64,000 nt of DNA from an uncultured Actinomycetes bacterium (GTDB lineage Bacteria; Actinomycetota; UBA4738; HRBIN12): NCBI GenBank assembly GCA_963758715.1, contig CAVWWK010000003.1, forward strand, positions 22,664-86,663, given 5' to 3'. Under the pieces are notes generated by a model. It did not search any database. It worked only from the letters and a program-made list of their open reading frames with translations, and was not told the origin of the DNA. Within the stretch, counting starts at the first letter, position 1. Each line of letters opens with the position of its first letter. Shown here piece by piece: positions 1-10,675 of this stretch. The position numbers and the translations under genes are program-made.

Positions 1-518
1 GCCCGAGCGGCATGGAGCTCGCTCAGTCGTCGAGGAACCTGCGAGAGCACGATCGCGAGCGGCAGGAACGGGATCACCAGGAACCAGTCGTCGATCACGG
101 TGAGGATCCGTTCGGTCCACCCGCCGAAGTAACCGGCGCTGATACCCACGAGCGGAGCCGATCACCGCAGACACGACCGCAGCAGCGAACCCGACGATCA
201 TGGAGATGCGCGTGCCGTAGATCAGCTCCGACAGCACATCTCGGCCGTTGTTGTCGGTGCCGAGCCAGTGCTCGGCGGACGGGGGCGCCAGGATGTCGTC
301 GGAGAACGAGCTCGAGGCGTAAGGGTCCTGGGGCGCGATGAGCGGGCCGAAGATCGCGATCAGCGTGAAGATGGCCAGGATGATCAGTCCGATAAGCCGG
401 ACTTCGAGCGGAGCAGGAGGTGGAACGACCGCGACGCGGAGCTCGAGAGGCGCCCGAAGACCCCTTTGCTCCCCGCCAGGATCGCGGTGGTCTGCGGCGT
501 GGTGCCCTGGGTCGCCAC
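1..518 (-). CDS. ABC transporter permease, OppC/DppC family (5-prime part; gene runs off window; frame-disrupted)
   Basis: GTG at 518, 1 nt after the upstream permease stop. Hand translation gives FHLLLRSKSGL / IGLIILAIFTLIAIFGPLIAPQDPY..EHWLGTDNNGRDVLSELIYGTRISMIVGFAAAVVSAVIGS / LVGISAGYFGGWTERILTVIDDWFLVIPFLPLAIV. This is an OppC-type N-terminus spread over three frames (2 breaks). Confidence 0.75.
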
Positions 519-519
519 G

Positions 520-1473
520 TCAGCTCACCCGCACCCGGGGGTCGAGGTAGGTCAGCACGAGGTCGGCCACCAGGTTCGCGAGGATCACGGCCGTCGAGGT
601 GACCAGGAAGATCCCCTGCAGCATCGGGATGTCCTTCCCGTCGATCGCCTCCACGGTGAGCTGCCCGATCCCGGGCCAGGAGAACAGGGCCTCGATCGTG
701 ATCGCTCCGGAGACCACGAACCCCAGGTTGAGCGCGATGAGGGTGACGACCGGCAGGAGCGCGTTGCGGATCGCGTGGTCGCGGAGCACGCGGTGGCGGG
801 GCAGCCCGATCGCGCGGGCCGTGGTCACGAAGTCTTCGTTGAGCACGTCGGTCAGCGCCGAGCGCATGATCACGACGTACTGACCCAACAGACCGAGCGT
901 CAGCACCAGGATCGGCAGGACCGCGTGGTACATGACGTTCACCGCGTAGCTCGCCCCCGAGAGGTCGGCGCCGGGGTCGGACTTCAGCCCGGTGGGGAAG
1001 GCGCCCAGCGTCACCGCGAAGAGCCAGATCAGCACCATGCCCAACCAGAACTCGGGCATCGAGTACAGGACCAGCGAACCCTGGGTGATCACGGTGTCGG
1101 TGGTCCGCCCGCGACGTGAAGCCGCAACGACGCCCAGCCACGAGCCGATCAGGGCCGAGAGCACCGTGGCGGTTCCCACCAGCAGGATCGTGTTGGGGAG
1201 CGCCTCCCGGATCTCGGTGAGGACCGAGCGACCGGTGGCGTAGCTCACGTCCAGGTCCCCTTGCGCCGTGTCGACCAGGTAGATGCGGAACTGCGTGAGC
1301 AACGGCTGATCGAGGCCCCGCTCCGCGATCAGGACGTCTTGCTGCTCGGGCGTGAGCCGGGGGTTCCTGCGGATGTCCTGCGTCGGGTCGCTGGCCACCC
1401 GGAACAGGAAGAAGTTGAACACAAGCACGAAGACGAGCGTGCCGAGGGCCACGCCCCCCTTCACGAGGAGCAT
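520..1473 (-). CDS. ABC transporter permease, DppB/OppB family
   Basis: ORF 520..1698, start trimmed to ATG 1473 (MLLVKGGVALG). Multiple hydrophobic segments, an EAA-like loop NEDFVTTARAIGLPRHRVLRDHAIRNALLPVV, and a C-terminus NLVADLVLTYLDPRVR typical of the family. Intact. Confidence 0.9.
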   Translation of the reverse strand: MLLVKGGVALGTLVFVLVFNFFLFRVASDPTQDIRRNPRLTPEQQDVLIAERGLDQPLLTQFRIYLVDTAQGDLDVSYATGRSVLTEIREALPNTILLVGTATVLSALIGSWLGVVAASRRGRTTDTVITQGSLVLYSMPEFWLGMVLIWLFAVTLGAFPTGLKSDPGADLSGASYAVNVMYHAVLPILVLTLGLLGQYVVIMRSALTDVLNEDFVTTARAIGLPRHRVLRDHAIRNALLPVVTLIALNLGFVVSGAITIEALFSWPGIGQLTVEAIDGKDIPMLQGIFLVTSTAVILANLVADLVLTYLDPRVRVS

Positions 1474-1504
1474 CCTCAACGGGCGACCCTCCCGCGGGAC
1501 GCCG

Positions 1505-3402
1505 TCACGCCCGCCTCGGCGAGCTCGAGGGGCCCGACTCCTCACGCTTCCGTCGCCAGCGCGAGGACACGACCACCGCGACCACGCCCACCAGCAGTCC
1601 CAGGAGGACGACGGGAGCGCCGGCGTAGCTATTCGATGCGGCCTGGCCCGGCTCCAACAGTTGGAGCTGGAGCCACGAGGTGGAGAAGGGGGCGCCATCG
1701 GGCGCGGGCGACGGCAGGTACCCGGTCCAGGTGTCCGTCCGCGTGAGGTAGATGATCGCGTCGTGGACCAGGATCAGGTACGGGGAGTCGCGCAGGACGA
1801 TCCGCTCGGCCTCGTGCATCAGGTCGCCACGCGCCGATCGAAGTCGAGCTCCTGCAGGGCCTGCGTGGGGATCGGGTCGTACTCCTCCGGGTTGCAGTAG
1901 AACGTGTCGGACCAGTAGCCGCCGCAGAGGGTCACCTCGAAGTTGAAATCCGGACTGGGAAGGTCGCCGGCCCACCCCCACAGGAAGGCGTCGTAGTCGG
2001 GCTCGTACTTGGACGTGTCCTCGGGGCTCTGCTTGTAGTTCCGGTCGTAGCAGGGAGTCTTCCGTGATGATCGACATGTCGATCTGGATGCCGATGTTCG
2101 AGGCCCAGGCCACGATCCGGCGTGCGGCGTTCTGCTCCGTCTGGTTCTCGGCCGGACGAGCAGCTCGAACCGCGCTTGGATGCCGTCCTTCGTGCAGACG
2201 CCGTCGACGCCCTCCTGGGGGCAGGCCCAGCCGCCTTCCGCCAGGATCTGCCGGGCTCGAGCGGGGTCGTACGTGTAGCCGACTCTCGGGGTCGCCCTCG
2301 AAGCTCTGGAAGTAGCGCTTGTAGAAGGGCGAGATGAAGCCGTTGCCGGCGGTGCGCCTGGCCGCTGTAGACCGTGTCGACCAGGTTCTGTCGGTCGATC
2401 GCCCACGCCAACGCCTGACGGATCGAGAGGTCCTGGACGACCTGCCAGTTCACGCTCTCGGCGGGCCGGTGCAGGTGTTGTCCGGGTCGCACGCCTCCGG
2501 CGGACAGAGGTTGAAGGCGATCGAGCTAGAAGCCGGGGCTCGGCGCGGGCCACGGCTTGCCGCTCGGGTCGTCCGCGAGTCTGATCCGACCCATACGCGT
2601 CCAACCGGACAGGACGGCGTCCAGCTGGTTCAGCTGGATATCGCGCGAGCTGGGCCTTCCTTCTCGCCGTACATGATCATGAGGATCCGCTCGATCTGGC
2701 CGGGCGCGCCCCAGAAGTACTCATTGGGCGTGAGGATCGTCGTCCCCTTCGGGTCGTAGTCCTCGTCCGAGGCGATGACGTACGGGCCGGTGCCCACGAT
2801 CGGGCAACAGGGGGCGAAGCGCGAGAGCCCATCGAGCGGCACGTCCCCCAGATGTGCTCGGGAAGCGCAGGCACGTAGGCTGACAGGACGCGGGCGTCGG
2901 GTCGCTTGAGCGTGTAGCGGACCGTGTAGTCGTCGATCTTCTCGATCGAGTCCATCGAGGAGACGTAGCCGGCGAGGACGTTGGCGCTCGTGGCGTCCTT
3001 GTACCGCCTCGTAGCTGAAGACGAAGTCGTCGGCGGTGAAGTCCTCGCCGTCGCTCCACTTGACCCCCTCCCGGAGATGGAAGATGTACTCGAGGCCGTC
3101 GTCCGAGACCTCGTGGCTCGTGACCAGCGAGTGCTCCGGGTCGGGACCGGCGTCGGCGAGATCCCAGTTGTACGGGAGGAGGTCATACGTCTCGGTGAAG
3201 ACGAAGTAGCTGCTGCTGAGCTGCGCGAGGAAGGGGTTGATCTGGGCGTCGAACTTCTGGTCGTAGCCCAGCCGCCAGTCCGTGGACACCTCGGACTCCC
3301 CGCCCTCCTGAGCGCCCTCACCCGAGGCCGCGGTCGTCCGCCCACCAGGGCCGCCACCGCGAGGAGCGTCGAAAGGGTTCGCCTGGTTCGCCTGCGGGCC
3401 AC
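1505..3402 (-). CDS. ABC transporter substrate-binding protein, family 5 (peptide/nickel type), frame-disrupted, with C-terminal TM helix
   Basis: Fragments in ORFs 2677..3402 (signal MARRRTRRTLSTLLAVAALVGG), 2630..3526 (HLREGVKWSDGEDFTADDFVFSYE), 1819..2604, 1932..2492 and 1505..2113 (LMHEAERIVLRDSPYLILVHDAIIYLTRTDTWTGY) join into one SBP_bac_5-like protein. At least 5 frame breaks. Confidence 0.8.
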
Positions 3403-3473
3403 GAGCTTCCCTCCGGGTCGGGGCTTCGCCGGATGGTAGACCGACCCGCGTCAGAGTAAAGCCAGGGAAGGCG

Positions 3474-3887
3474 TCAGGCGGGACCGTCAGTGACCCCCGA
3501 CCCTCTCGCGATCTTGCCCAGGACACCGTTCACGAACGAGCGCGACTCCTCCGCCGACAGTTCTGCGGCCGATTCCACGGCCTCGCTGATCGCGACCGAG
3601 GCCGGGACGTCGTCGCGATGGAGCAGCTCCTCCACGGCCACGCGCAGGATCGTGCGGTCGACCGCGGTCATCCGCGCCACGGTCCAGTCTTCGGCGTTCT
3701 CCTCCAATAGCAGGTCGATCCCCGGACCGTGCTCGTTCACGCCCTCAACGAGCTGCTGTGCGAACGCGGGCACGTCCCTGCCGGCCTCGCGCCAGCTCGA
3801 CAACACCTCGAGAGGAGAACGGTCGGTGACGTCGGCCTGATAGAGCACGTCGATCGCGAGGCGCCGGGCCGCGCGGCGGGAGGTCAC
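3474..3887 (-). CDS. nusB: transcription antitermination factor NusB
   Basis: 137-aa intact ORF: RRAARRLAIDVLYQ, VDRTILRVAVEELL, SFVNGVLGKI. Follows efp, as is conserved. Confidence 0.93.
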   Translation of the reverse strand: MTSRRAARRLAIDVLYQADVTDRSPLEVLSSWREAGRDVPAFAQQLVEGVNEHGPGIDLLLEENAEDWTVARMTAVDRTILRVAVEELLHRDDVPASVAISEAVESAAELSAEESRSFVNGVLGKIARGSGVTDGPA

Positions 3888-3888
3888 G

Positions 3889-4453
3889 TCACGCCTTCAC
3901 GCGCTCGATGTATCCCCCGAGCGCGTGTCGACCTTGATCTTCTCGCCTTCCTCCACGAAGAGCGGCACGTTCACGACCACGCCGGTCTCCATGGTGGCCG
4001 GCTTCAGGGCGCCCGTGCGCGTATCACCCTTCACGCCCGGGTCGGTCTTGGTGATCGTGAGCACCAACGACGCCGGCAGGTCCACCGAGATCGGAACCCC
4101 CTCGTGGGTCGCGATCTGCGCCTCCGCCCCCTCCACCAGGAACTTCGACGCCTCTCCCATCAACGGGCCGCCGACGTGGATCTGATCGTAGGTCTGCAGA
4201 TCCATGAACACGAACTCGCCACCGTCCGGGTACAGGTACTGGAACCCTCGCCGCTCCACGATCGCCTGGTCGACCTTGACCCCGGCGTTGAACGTGCGCT
4301 CGAGCACCGCCCCGTCTTGACGTTCCGGAGTTTCGTGCGCACGAACGCCCCGCCCTTGCCGGGCTTGACGTGCTGGAACTCGATGATCTGGAACAGCGTC
4401 CCGTCCAGGTCGATGGTCATGCCGTTCTTGAAGTCGTTGGTGGAAACGCTCAC
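3889..4453 (-). CDS. efp: elongation factor P (frame-disrupted)
   Basis: ORF 4160..4453 ([48 protein letters not shown]) continues in ORF 3897..4307 ([42 protein letters not shown]). A second break near 3915 restores ..DTRSGxYIERVKA and TGA at 3889-3891. Confidence 0.9.
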
Positions 4454-4482
4454 GCGCGGGTCAGCTCCTCGTCGCTCGGTGG

Positions 4483-5557
4483 CTACAGCTCGATCAGGTC
4501 CCGGGGGGCGGCGCCGAGCACTCGGCAGCCGTCGTCGGTGACCTCCACCATATCCTCGATCCGCACGCCGCCGAGGCCCGGGAGATAGATGCCCGGCTCG
4601 ACGGTCACGACCGCGCCCGCCGGCAGCTCGTGGTCGGCGAACTCGCGGCCGAGCCTCGGCCCCTCGTGCACGTCCAGGCCCACGCCGTGGCCCAGCCCAT
4701 GCGTGAAGTTGGCGCCGTAGCCGGCCCCGTCGATCACCCCGCGCGCGGCGGCGTCGACCTCCGTGCCGGACACGCCCGCCCTGATCGCGTCGATCCCGGC
4801 CTGCTGCGCCTGCTTGACGACGTCGTGGATCTTCTTGAGCTCGCTGGCGGGCTCGCCGAAGGACACCGTTCGCGTCATGTCCGCGTGATAGCCCCCGTAC
4901 AACGCCCCGAAGTCCAGCTTGATCACGTCGCCCTCTTCCAGCACGCGGTGGCCCGGGTCGTGGTGCGGCTCGGCGGCGTTCTCGCCGAACGCGACGATCG
5001 ACTCGAAGCTCAGCCCGTCGGCGCCATCACGGCGGAGGAGGTTCTCGAGCTCGCGGGCCACGACCTGCTCGGTCATCCCACGGCCAACACCTCCAGGATG
5101 TCGTCGAAGGCCTGGTCGGTGACGGCCTGGGCCCGGTCCAGGTCGGCGAGCTCCTCGGGCTCCTTGATCCAGCGGAGCCGCTCGACCTCGTCGCCCAGCG
5201 GGATCAGCTCGATCCCCGGGAGCTTGGAGACCCACTGCTCGAGCGTCCGGACGGTGACGTGGTGCGCCTCGAAGCCGAGACGCCGACTCCGGCGGACCCG
5301 AGCCGTGCCGCCAGGGCCTCGCCGAAGCCGCCGAGGTAGGTCTCACGCTCGAGGCCCGCGACCTCGTGCCGGGCCTGCTCGGTGTAGCGACCATCGGTGA
5401 AGAAGACACCGGCCTCGCCGGTCACGAGCACCTGCCCGTTCGATCCGGTGAAGCCGGTGAGATAGCGGACGTTCGTGAGCCCGTTGACAAGGAACCCATC
5501 GACCGCCAGGTCGGGCAGCCGGCCGGCCAACGCGGCCCTCCTCAGGTGGTGATCCAC
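4483..5557 (-). CDS. Xaa-Pro aminopeptidase, M24 family (frame-disrupted)
   Basis: The N-domain is in ORF 5204..5557 ([17 protein letters not shown]). The catalytic domain is in ORF 4483..5409 ([15 protein letters not shown]; [16 protein letters not shown]). Occupies the pepQ position after aroQ. Confidence 0.85.
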
Positions 5558-5975
5558 GGCATCGCCTCCAGTGCCAGATGATAGCCACCGGCTCCGAACC
5601 CGGTGACGGTGGCCCGGCAGACCTCCGAGACGACCGAATGGCGCCGGAACTCCTCCCGGGCGTAGATGTTCGACATGTGCACCTCGACGACGGGCAGGTC
5701 GCAGGCTTGCACCGCATCGCGCAGGGCGTAGGAGTAGTGCGCGAGCGCCCCCGGGTTGATCACGACGACCTGGTTGCCTCGGCGGCGGCTCCCAGGAGCC
5801 AGCCGATGAGCTCTCCCTCGTGGTCGGACTGACGCCAGGACGCGTCGTGGCCCAGCTCGGCCGCCCGTTCCTGCACCGCGTGCATGATGTCCGCGAGGGT
5901 GTCGGATCCGTAGACCTGCGGGTCGCGACGGCCCAGCGCGCCCAGGTTCGGACCGAACAGGTACAGCACCTTCAT
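5542..5975 (-). CDS. aroQ: type II 3-dehydroquinate dehydratase (frame-disrupted)
   Basis: ORF 5760..5975 ([23 protein letters not shown]) plus ORF 5542..5763 (INPGALAHYSYALRDA..VEVHMSNIYAREEFRRHS). One break near 5765. Confidence 0.88.
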
Positions 5976-7053
5976 GCGCTCGCCCCCATCTCCTTCAGCA
6001 CCTGGCGGACCTGCGCCTCGGGCACGTCGTCGACCACGACCGCCTCACCCACCGCGCGCAGGAGCACGAAGCGAACCCCGCCGCGGTACTTCTTGTCCAG
6101 TCGGAACGACGCGACGATCTCATCGGCCGGCGGCAGCGGCCCGTGGGTGTCGAGCCCCAGGGACGAGAGCAGCCGGATCGTGCGCGAGGCCAGCCCGGGT
6201 TCGGCCAGCCCCCGGAGCTCCGCCAGATGGGCCGCGAAGACCATGCCCACGGCGATCGCCTCACCGTGCGACCTCCCCTCGAAGGAGTCCAGCCGTTCCA
6301 GGGCGTGGCCCAGCGTGTGGCCGTAGTTGAGGATCAGGCGAGCGCCCGTGTCGCGTTCGTCCTCGGCCACGGCGGCCGCCTTGATCCGCACGCAGCGCGC
6401 GACCAGGTCCTCCAGGGCCTCCGGATCGCGGGAGAGCAGCGGGCCCGGATCGGTCTCCAGCCGCTCCAGGAGGCCGACGTCCATCGCGAGCGCGTACTTC
6501 GCCACCTCGGCGAGCCCCGACCGGAGATCGCGATCGGGAAGCGTCGTCAGGGTCGCGACATCGGCCAGCACGGCGCGCGGCTGGCTGAACGTGCCGGCCA
6601 GGTTCTTGCCCTCGGGCAGGTTCACGGCGGTCTTGCCCCCGATCGAGGCGTCGACCTGCGCCGTGAGCGTCGTGGGGACCTGCACGAAGGGCACCCCCCG
6701 CATGTACGTCGCCGCCACGAACCCGGCGAGGTCACCCACGGCGCCGCCGCCCAACGACATCACGACGTCGTCGCGGTGGGCCTCCTGCGTCGCGAGCTGA
6801 TGCAGGAGCGTCGCGGTACACGTCCAGCGTCTTCGCGTCCTCGCCCGCCGGGACGGTGAGCAGCGTCGCCCGGAGCCCCCGGCTCGACAGCCCCGCTTCC
6901 AGAGCGTTGGAACCACCCGTCGGCGACCCCTCGATCGGCGACGACGAACGCGGCCTGGGCCTGGGGCAGCTGGGGCAGGTGCGCGCCCGCCTCGTCGATG
7001 ACTCCCGGCCCGATGATGACGTCGTAGGCCTTCCCGGGGACCGGGACGGTCAC
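5972..7053 (-). CDS. aroB: 3-dehydroquinate synthase (frame-disrupted)
   Basis: GTG 7053 overlaps the aroK stop (GTGA). ORF 5972..6916 carries [44 protein letters not shown] and [11 protein letters not shown]. The N-terminus [17 protein letters not shown] is in another frame, with a break near 6905. Confidence 0.88.
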
Positions 7054-7547
7054 GCGGACCAACGGAGCTCCTCGACGATGGCGTCGGCGACCTCGCCGGG
7101 CGTCCCGCTCGCGTCCACGACGTGGGCCGCGAACTCGCGGTACAGCGGGCCGCGCGCCTCCAGCAGCCGCTCGAGGTCCCCTTCCTCCCTGATCAGGGGC
7201 CGGTCGGCCGCCGGCCGCACCCGCTCGCGCAGCTGCTCGATCGGCACGTCGAGGTAGACCGCCGTCCCCGTGTTCCGCAGCGTGATCCGGTTCGCGGGCT
7301 CCAGCACCACCCCGCCCCCGCACGAGACGACGGCCGGGTCGGACGTGCCGGCCTTCACCAGGGCGGCCGCCTCCAACGCGCGGAACGCCGCCTCGCCCTC
7401 CTCGGCGAAGATCTGGGTCACGGGCTTGCCCGCCTCGCGCTCGATCTCGGCATCCAGGTCGATGAACGGCACACCGAGCGTGCCCGCCAGCTCGCGTCCC
7501 ACGACCGTCTTGCCGGCGCCCGGCATGCCCACCAGGTAGACGATCAT
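7050..7547 (-). CDS. aroK: shikimate kinase
   Basis: ATG 7547: [21 protein letters not shown] (P-loop), SCGGGVV. Intact; a GGAGG motif lies upstream. Confidence 0.92.
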   Translation of the reverse strand: MIVYLVGMPGAGKTVVGRELAGTLGVPFIDLDAEIEREAGKPVTQIFAEEGEAAFRALEAAALVKAGTSDPAVVSCGGGVVLEPANRITLRNTGTAVYLDVPIEQLRERVRPAADRPLIREEGDLERLLEARGPLYREFAAHVVDASGTPGEVADAIVEELRWSA

Positions 7548-7558
7548 CCGCGGCCTCC

Positions 7559-8725
7559 TCACACTGGGCGCGGACGAGTCCGTCGAGGTAGCGGTCCAGG
7601 TTGCTCCTGGTCTCCACCAGAGCATCGCCGCCGAACTTCTCCAGGACGGCGTTCGCCAGCTCGAAGGCCACGACCGCCTCGCCCACGACGCCGCCGGCGG
7701 GCACCGCGCAGACGTCCGTGCGCTGTTTGATCGCCACCGCGGCCTCGCCCGTCGCGAGGTCGACGGTCCGAAGCGGTTTGGGCACGGTCGAGAACGGCTT
7801 CATCGCGGCGCGGACACGGATCGGCTCGCCCGTGCTCATGCCGCCCTCGATGCCGCCGGCACGGGCGGTCGCACGCGAGATGCGGCCACCGTCGGTCACG
7901 ATCTCGTCATGGGCCTTGGACCCGGGCCGGCCGGCGGTCAGGAACCCGTCGCCGACCTCGACCCCCTTCACGGACTGGATGCTCATGAGGGCAAGGGCGA
8001 GTCGCGCATCGAGCTTCCGGTCGTAGTGGACGTAGGAGCCGAGCCCCGGAGGCGCCCCGTACGCGAGCACCTCGAACACGCCGCCGACCGTGTCGCGATC
8101 CTTCCGCAGGCGATCGATCTCGGCCACCATCTCCTTCGAGGCGGCGGCGTCGAGGCAGCGGACCGGGGACGCGGTCGATGGCGGCCAGGTCGTCGGGCCC
8201 AGGCGGACGGCGGCGCTTCGGGGCCTTCACCCTGCCGATCTGCACGACGTGCGACAGGAGCTGCATCCCCAGCTCGGACAGGAACGAACGGCAGAGCGCT
8301 CCGACGGTGACCCTGGCGGCCGTCTCCCGGGCGCTGGCCCGCTCCAGGACGTTGCGCACGTCGTCGAACCCGTACTTCTGGGATCCGGCCAGGTCCGCGT
8401 GACCCGGTCGCGGCCGGGTCAGCCGGTCGGCCGGGTCCATGGCTCCCTCGACGCCCATGAGCTCGGCGTACTTCGCCTCGAACTCGAGGTTGGGGATCGT
8501 CACGGCGATCGGCGAGCCCATCGATCGTCCGTGCCGCACACCCGTCAGGATCTCGAACCGGTCAGTCTCGAACTTCTGGCGGCCACCGCGTCCGTGGCCC
8601 TGGCGACGGCGGGCGAGCTGCTCGGCGATCGCCGCGGTCGGTATCGGGACCCCGGCGGGCAGTCCTTCCAGAACGGCGACCAGTGCCTTCCCGTGCGATT
8701 CCCCTGCCGTGAGCATGCGGAGCAT
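7559..8725 (-). CDS. aroC: chorismate synthase (frame-disrupted)
   Basis: [43 protein letters not shown] (ORF 7907..8767), then [48 protein letters not shown] (ORF 6760..8130). The stop TGA 7559-7561 is inferred after a terminal frame break. Confidence 0.88.
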
Positions 8726-8782
8726 CCGGACATCATAGGGAACGGGGTCGGGGCAACAGCGCGGCACGTTCCTCTAGATGGT

Positions 8783-8813
8783 GCGGGGGCGGCCCCGTTG
8801 GAGCCGCCCCCGC
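8783..8813 (-). terminator. GC-rich hairpin between the pilus operon end and aroC
   Basis: Perfect 11-bp inverted repeat GCGGGGGCGGC (8783-8793) / GCCGCCCCCGC (8803-8813) with a 9-nt loop. Lies 50 nt downstream of the PilP-like stop. No clear U-tract. Confidence 0.45.
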
Positions 8814-8862
8814 GACCGGCGACCGCTCCCCCCGTGGGCGGACCGCCGGGACCGCGCGCGAA

Positions 8863-9454
8863 CTACTTGGTGGAGTTCGCGCAGAGGGTGTGAGGCTCGT
8901 CGCCGAACAGGAACGTGGCGCAGCTCCCCGAGATCGACTGGACCTCGAAGGACCCGCCGCCGAACACGTCGCCGACACCCACGTTGTAGACCGTGCCGTC
9001 CACCTCGAACTGGGCCCTCTGCTCCCCGCCCTCGCGGAACGTGTCGAGCAGCACGACCGTCTTGCCGCCCAGCTGGGTGCTCGAGTTTCCGCCCGGTGTG
9101 CTGGGCGGGGTCGTGGCCGGGGGCGTGATCGGCGGGGTCGGCGGGGTCGTGGTGCCGTTCGTGGGCGGCGTCGGTGCCGCCGTCGGTGGGCGCCACGGGA
9201 GACAGGGCCGGCGGGATCGAGAACGGATCGCGGCCCGGTGAAGACCGGCTGCGGACTGATCCGGGGCTGACGCCGACGGCGTAGTCCGCCCCGCCGCCAC
9301 CGCCGCCGGGCGCGGTGGAGATCGTCGGGAACTCGGGCACGACGTCTTCCCCGCCTCCCGACAGGCCGTTGAACAGGAAGAACGCCACCAGCAGGAACCC
9401 GAGGATCCCTCCCCCGATCATGAGGGTGCGGCGGTCGCGCGGCGTCAGCGGCAT
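8863..9454 (-). CDS. PilP-like type IV pilus assembly protein (frame-disrupted)
   Basis: The N-terminal TM (MIGGGILGFLLVAFFLF) and the RDPFSIPP motif are in ORF 8774..9454. The Pro/Thr linker TTPPTPPITPPATTPPSTPG and a beta-rich C-domain (KTVVLLDTFREGGEQRAQFEVDGTVYNVGVGDVFGGGSFEVQSI) are in ORF 8863..9300. Last gene after pilMNO. Confidence 0.65.
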
Positions 9455-9457
9455 CGG

Positions 9458-10071
9458 CTAGCCCCCCTCCGCCGTATCGTTCGCGCCGGGCTCGGATCCA
9501 GGACCGGCGCTGGCGTCGCTCGTGAACAGCGTGACCGTGGTCGTCATCTGGAGCTCGTTCGTCGTGACGACCCCCGAGGCGTCGGGCCCACCGGTACTGG
9601 GGGCCAGGGTCAGGTCTCCGACCTTCGCCGCTCGGGGGAGCGTCTCGAGGCTGTAGAGGAACTCGGCGATGCTGAAGTAGGTGCCATCGGCCGTGATCGC
9701 GACCGTCGCGGTCGAGAGCCCGGTCACGGCGTCGAAGGTCGGAACGCCGGGCGTCAGGGTCGTGATGCCCACCCCGACTGCAGCGCCGCATTCTTGATCA
9801 GCAAGAGGTAGCTCCCCTGGTCGAGAGTGGGCGGGATCTGCTGTTCCACCTCTTGGATCGTGGCGCGGTTCTCGGGAGCCGCCAGCTCCGCTTGCTCGAG
9901 CGCCGCCAGCTGGCTCTCCAGGGTCGAGGTCTGCGCCTCTGCCGCGAGCAACTCCTCCCGCGCCGAGGACACCTGACTCATCTTCGGAAGCAGCAGCAAC
10001 ATGATGAACAGGATCGCCAGCGCCACGACGATCGCGCCTGCGACGAGAGGTCCGCGCTTACCCTGGAACAT
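9458..10071 (-). CDS. pilO: type IV pilus assembly protein PilO (frame-disrupted)
   Basis: ORF 9754..10071 (TM helix VAGAIVVALAILFIMLLLLP, then a coiled coil). This continues in ORF 9458..9772 (TADGTYFSIAEFLYSLETLPRAAKVGDLTL). One break near 9770. Position after pilN. Confidence 0.75.
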
Positions 10072-10675
10072 CGGCGCCCTTCCCTCTGGGCGTGACCACG
10101 TCGGTCGTGAGATCCACCGCGAACGCGTACTGGTAGCCGTTGGTCTCCTGGTCCAGGCCGATCGTGTTGATGAACGGGTTGACCCAGCCCTTCACCGACT
10201 CGAGCCGGGTCAGGAACTGTGCGAGCGTGTCGATGCTCACGGCCTTGCCGCCGCCGGTCACCGTGCCGATCAGCCCGGTCGCCGTCTCGGTGGCGCCTTC
10301 CTCGGGCGCTGCCACCTGGATCGTCAACGCGTCCAGGTACGCGTCGGACGGCATCACCCGGGACGTGTCCATGAGCAGGGCCGAGAATGAGACCTCGTTC
10401 TGGAACGCCAGCGCCAGCTTCTCCTGCTGCACCAGTGCCTCGGCCTGCAGGTCGGCGAACTTCTGCTTGGAGGCGATCTGCTGGGAGATCGACTCGTTGG
10501 TCTGGTTGCGGTCCTCGATGTCCGAGCGCACGCCGCTGAGGGTGTTCACCTGCAGGAGATAGAACCCGAGCAGGAGCACGAGCACAACCACACCGGCGGC
10601 CGCGACGAGGAGGGTGAGCCGACGCCACTTCTGCGCCTGCAGCACCTCCGGGGGAAGGAGGTTGACCTGACTCAC
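10058..10675 (-). CDS. pilN: type IV pilus assembly protein PilN
   Basis: Intact 205-aa ORF. MSQVNLLPPEV motif, one TM helix (LTLLVAAAGVVVLVLLLGFYLL), then a coiled coil. 4-nt overlap with pilM. Confidence 0.85.
   Translation of the reverse strand: MSQVNLLPPEVLQAQKWRRLTLLVAAAGVVVLVLLLGFYLLQVNTLSGVRSDIEDRNQTNESISQQIASKQKFADLQAEALVQQEKLALAFQNEVSFSALLMDTSRVMPSDAYLDALTIQVAAPEEGATETATGLIGTVTGGGKAVSIDTLAQFLTRLESVKGWVNPFINTIGLDQETNGYQYAFAVDLTTDVVTPRGKGADVPG

Noticed and set aside
6760-8130. A 456-aa ORF that looks like an aroC-aroK-aroB fusion
   Set aside because: Only its first part is genuine aroC sequence. It then runs out of frame through aroK and re-enters the aroB N-terminus. The appearance of a fusion comes from missing stops in off-frames plus indels. 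aroK has its own RBS and ATG at 7547.
9090-9200. Repetitive GGCGG/GTCGG-rich DNA that could be a tandem repeat or VNTR
   Set aside because: It encodes the Pro/Thr linker (TTPPTPPITPPATTPPSTPG) of the PilP-like protein. The repeats are imperfect and coding.
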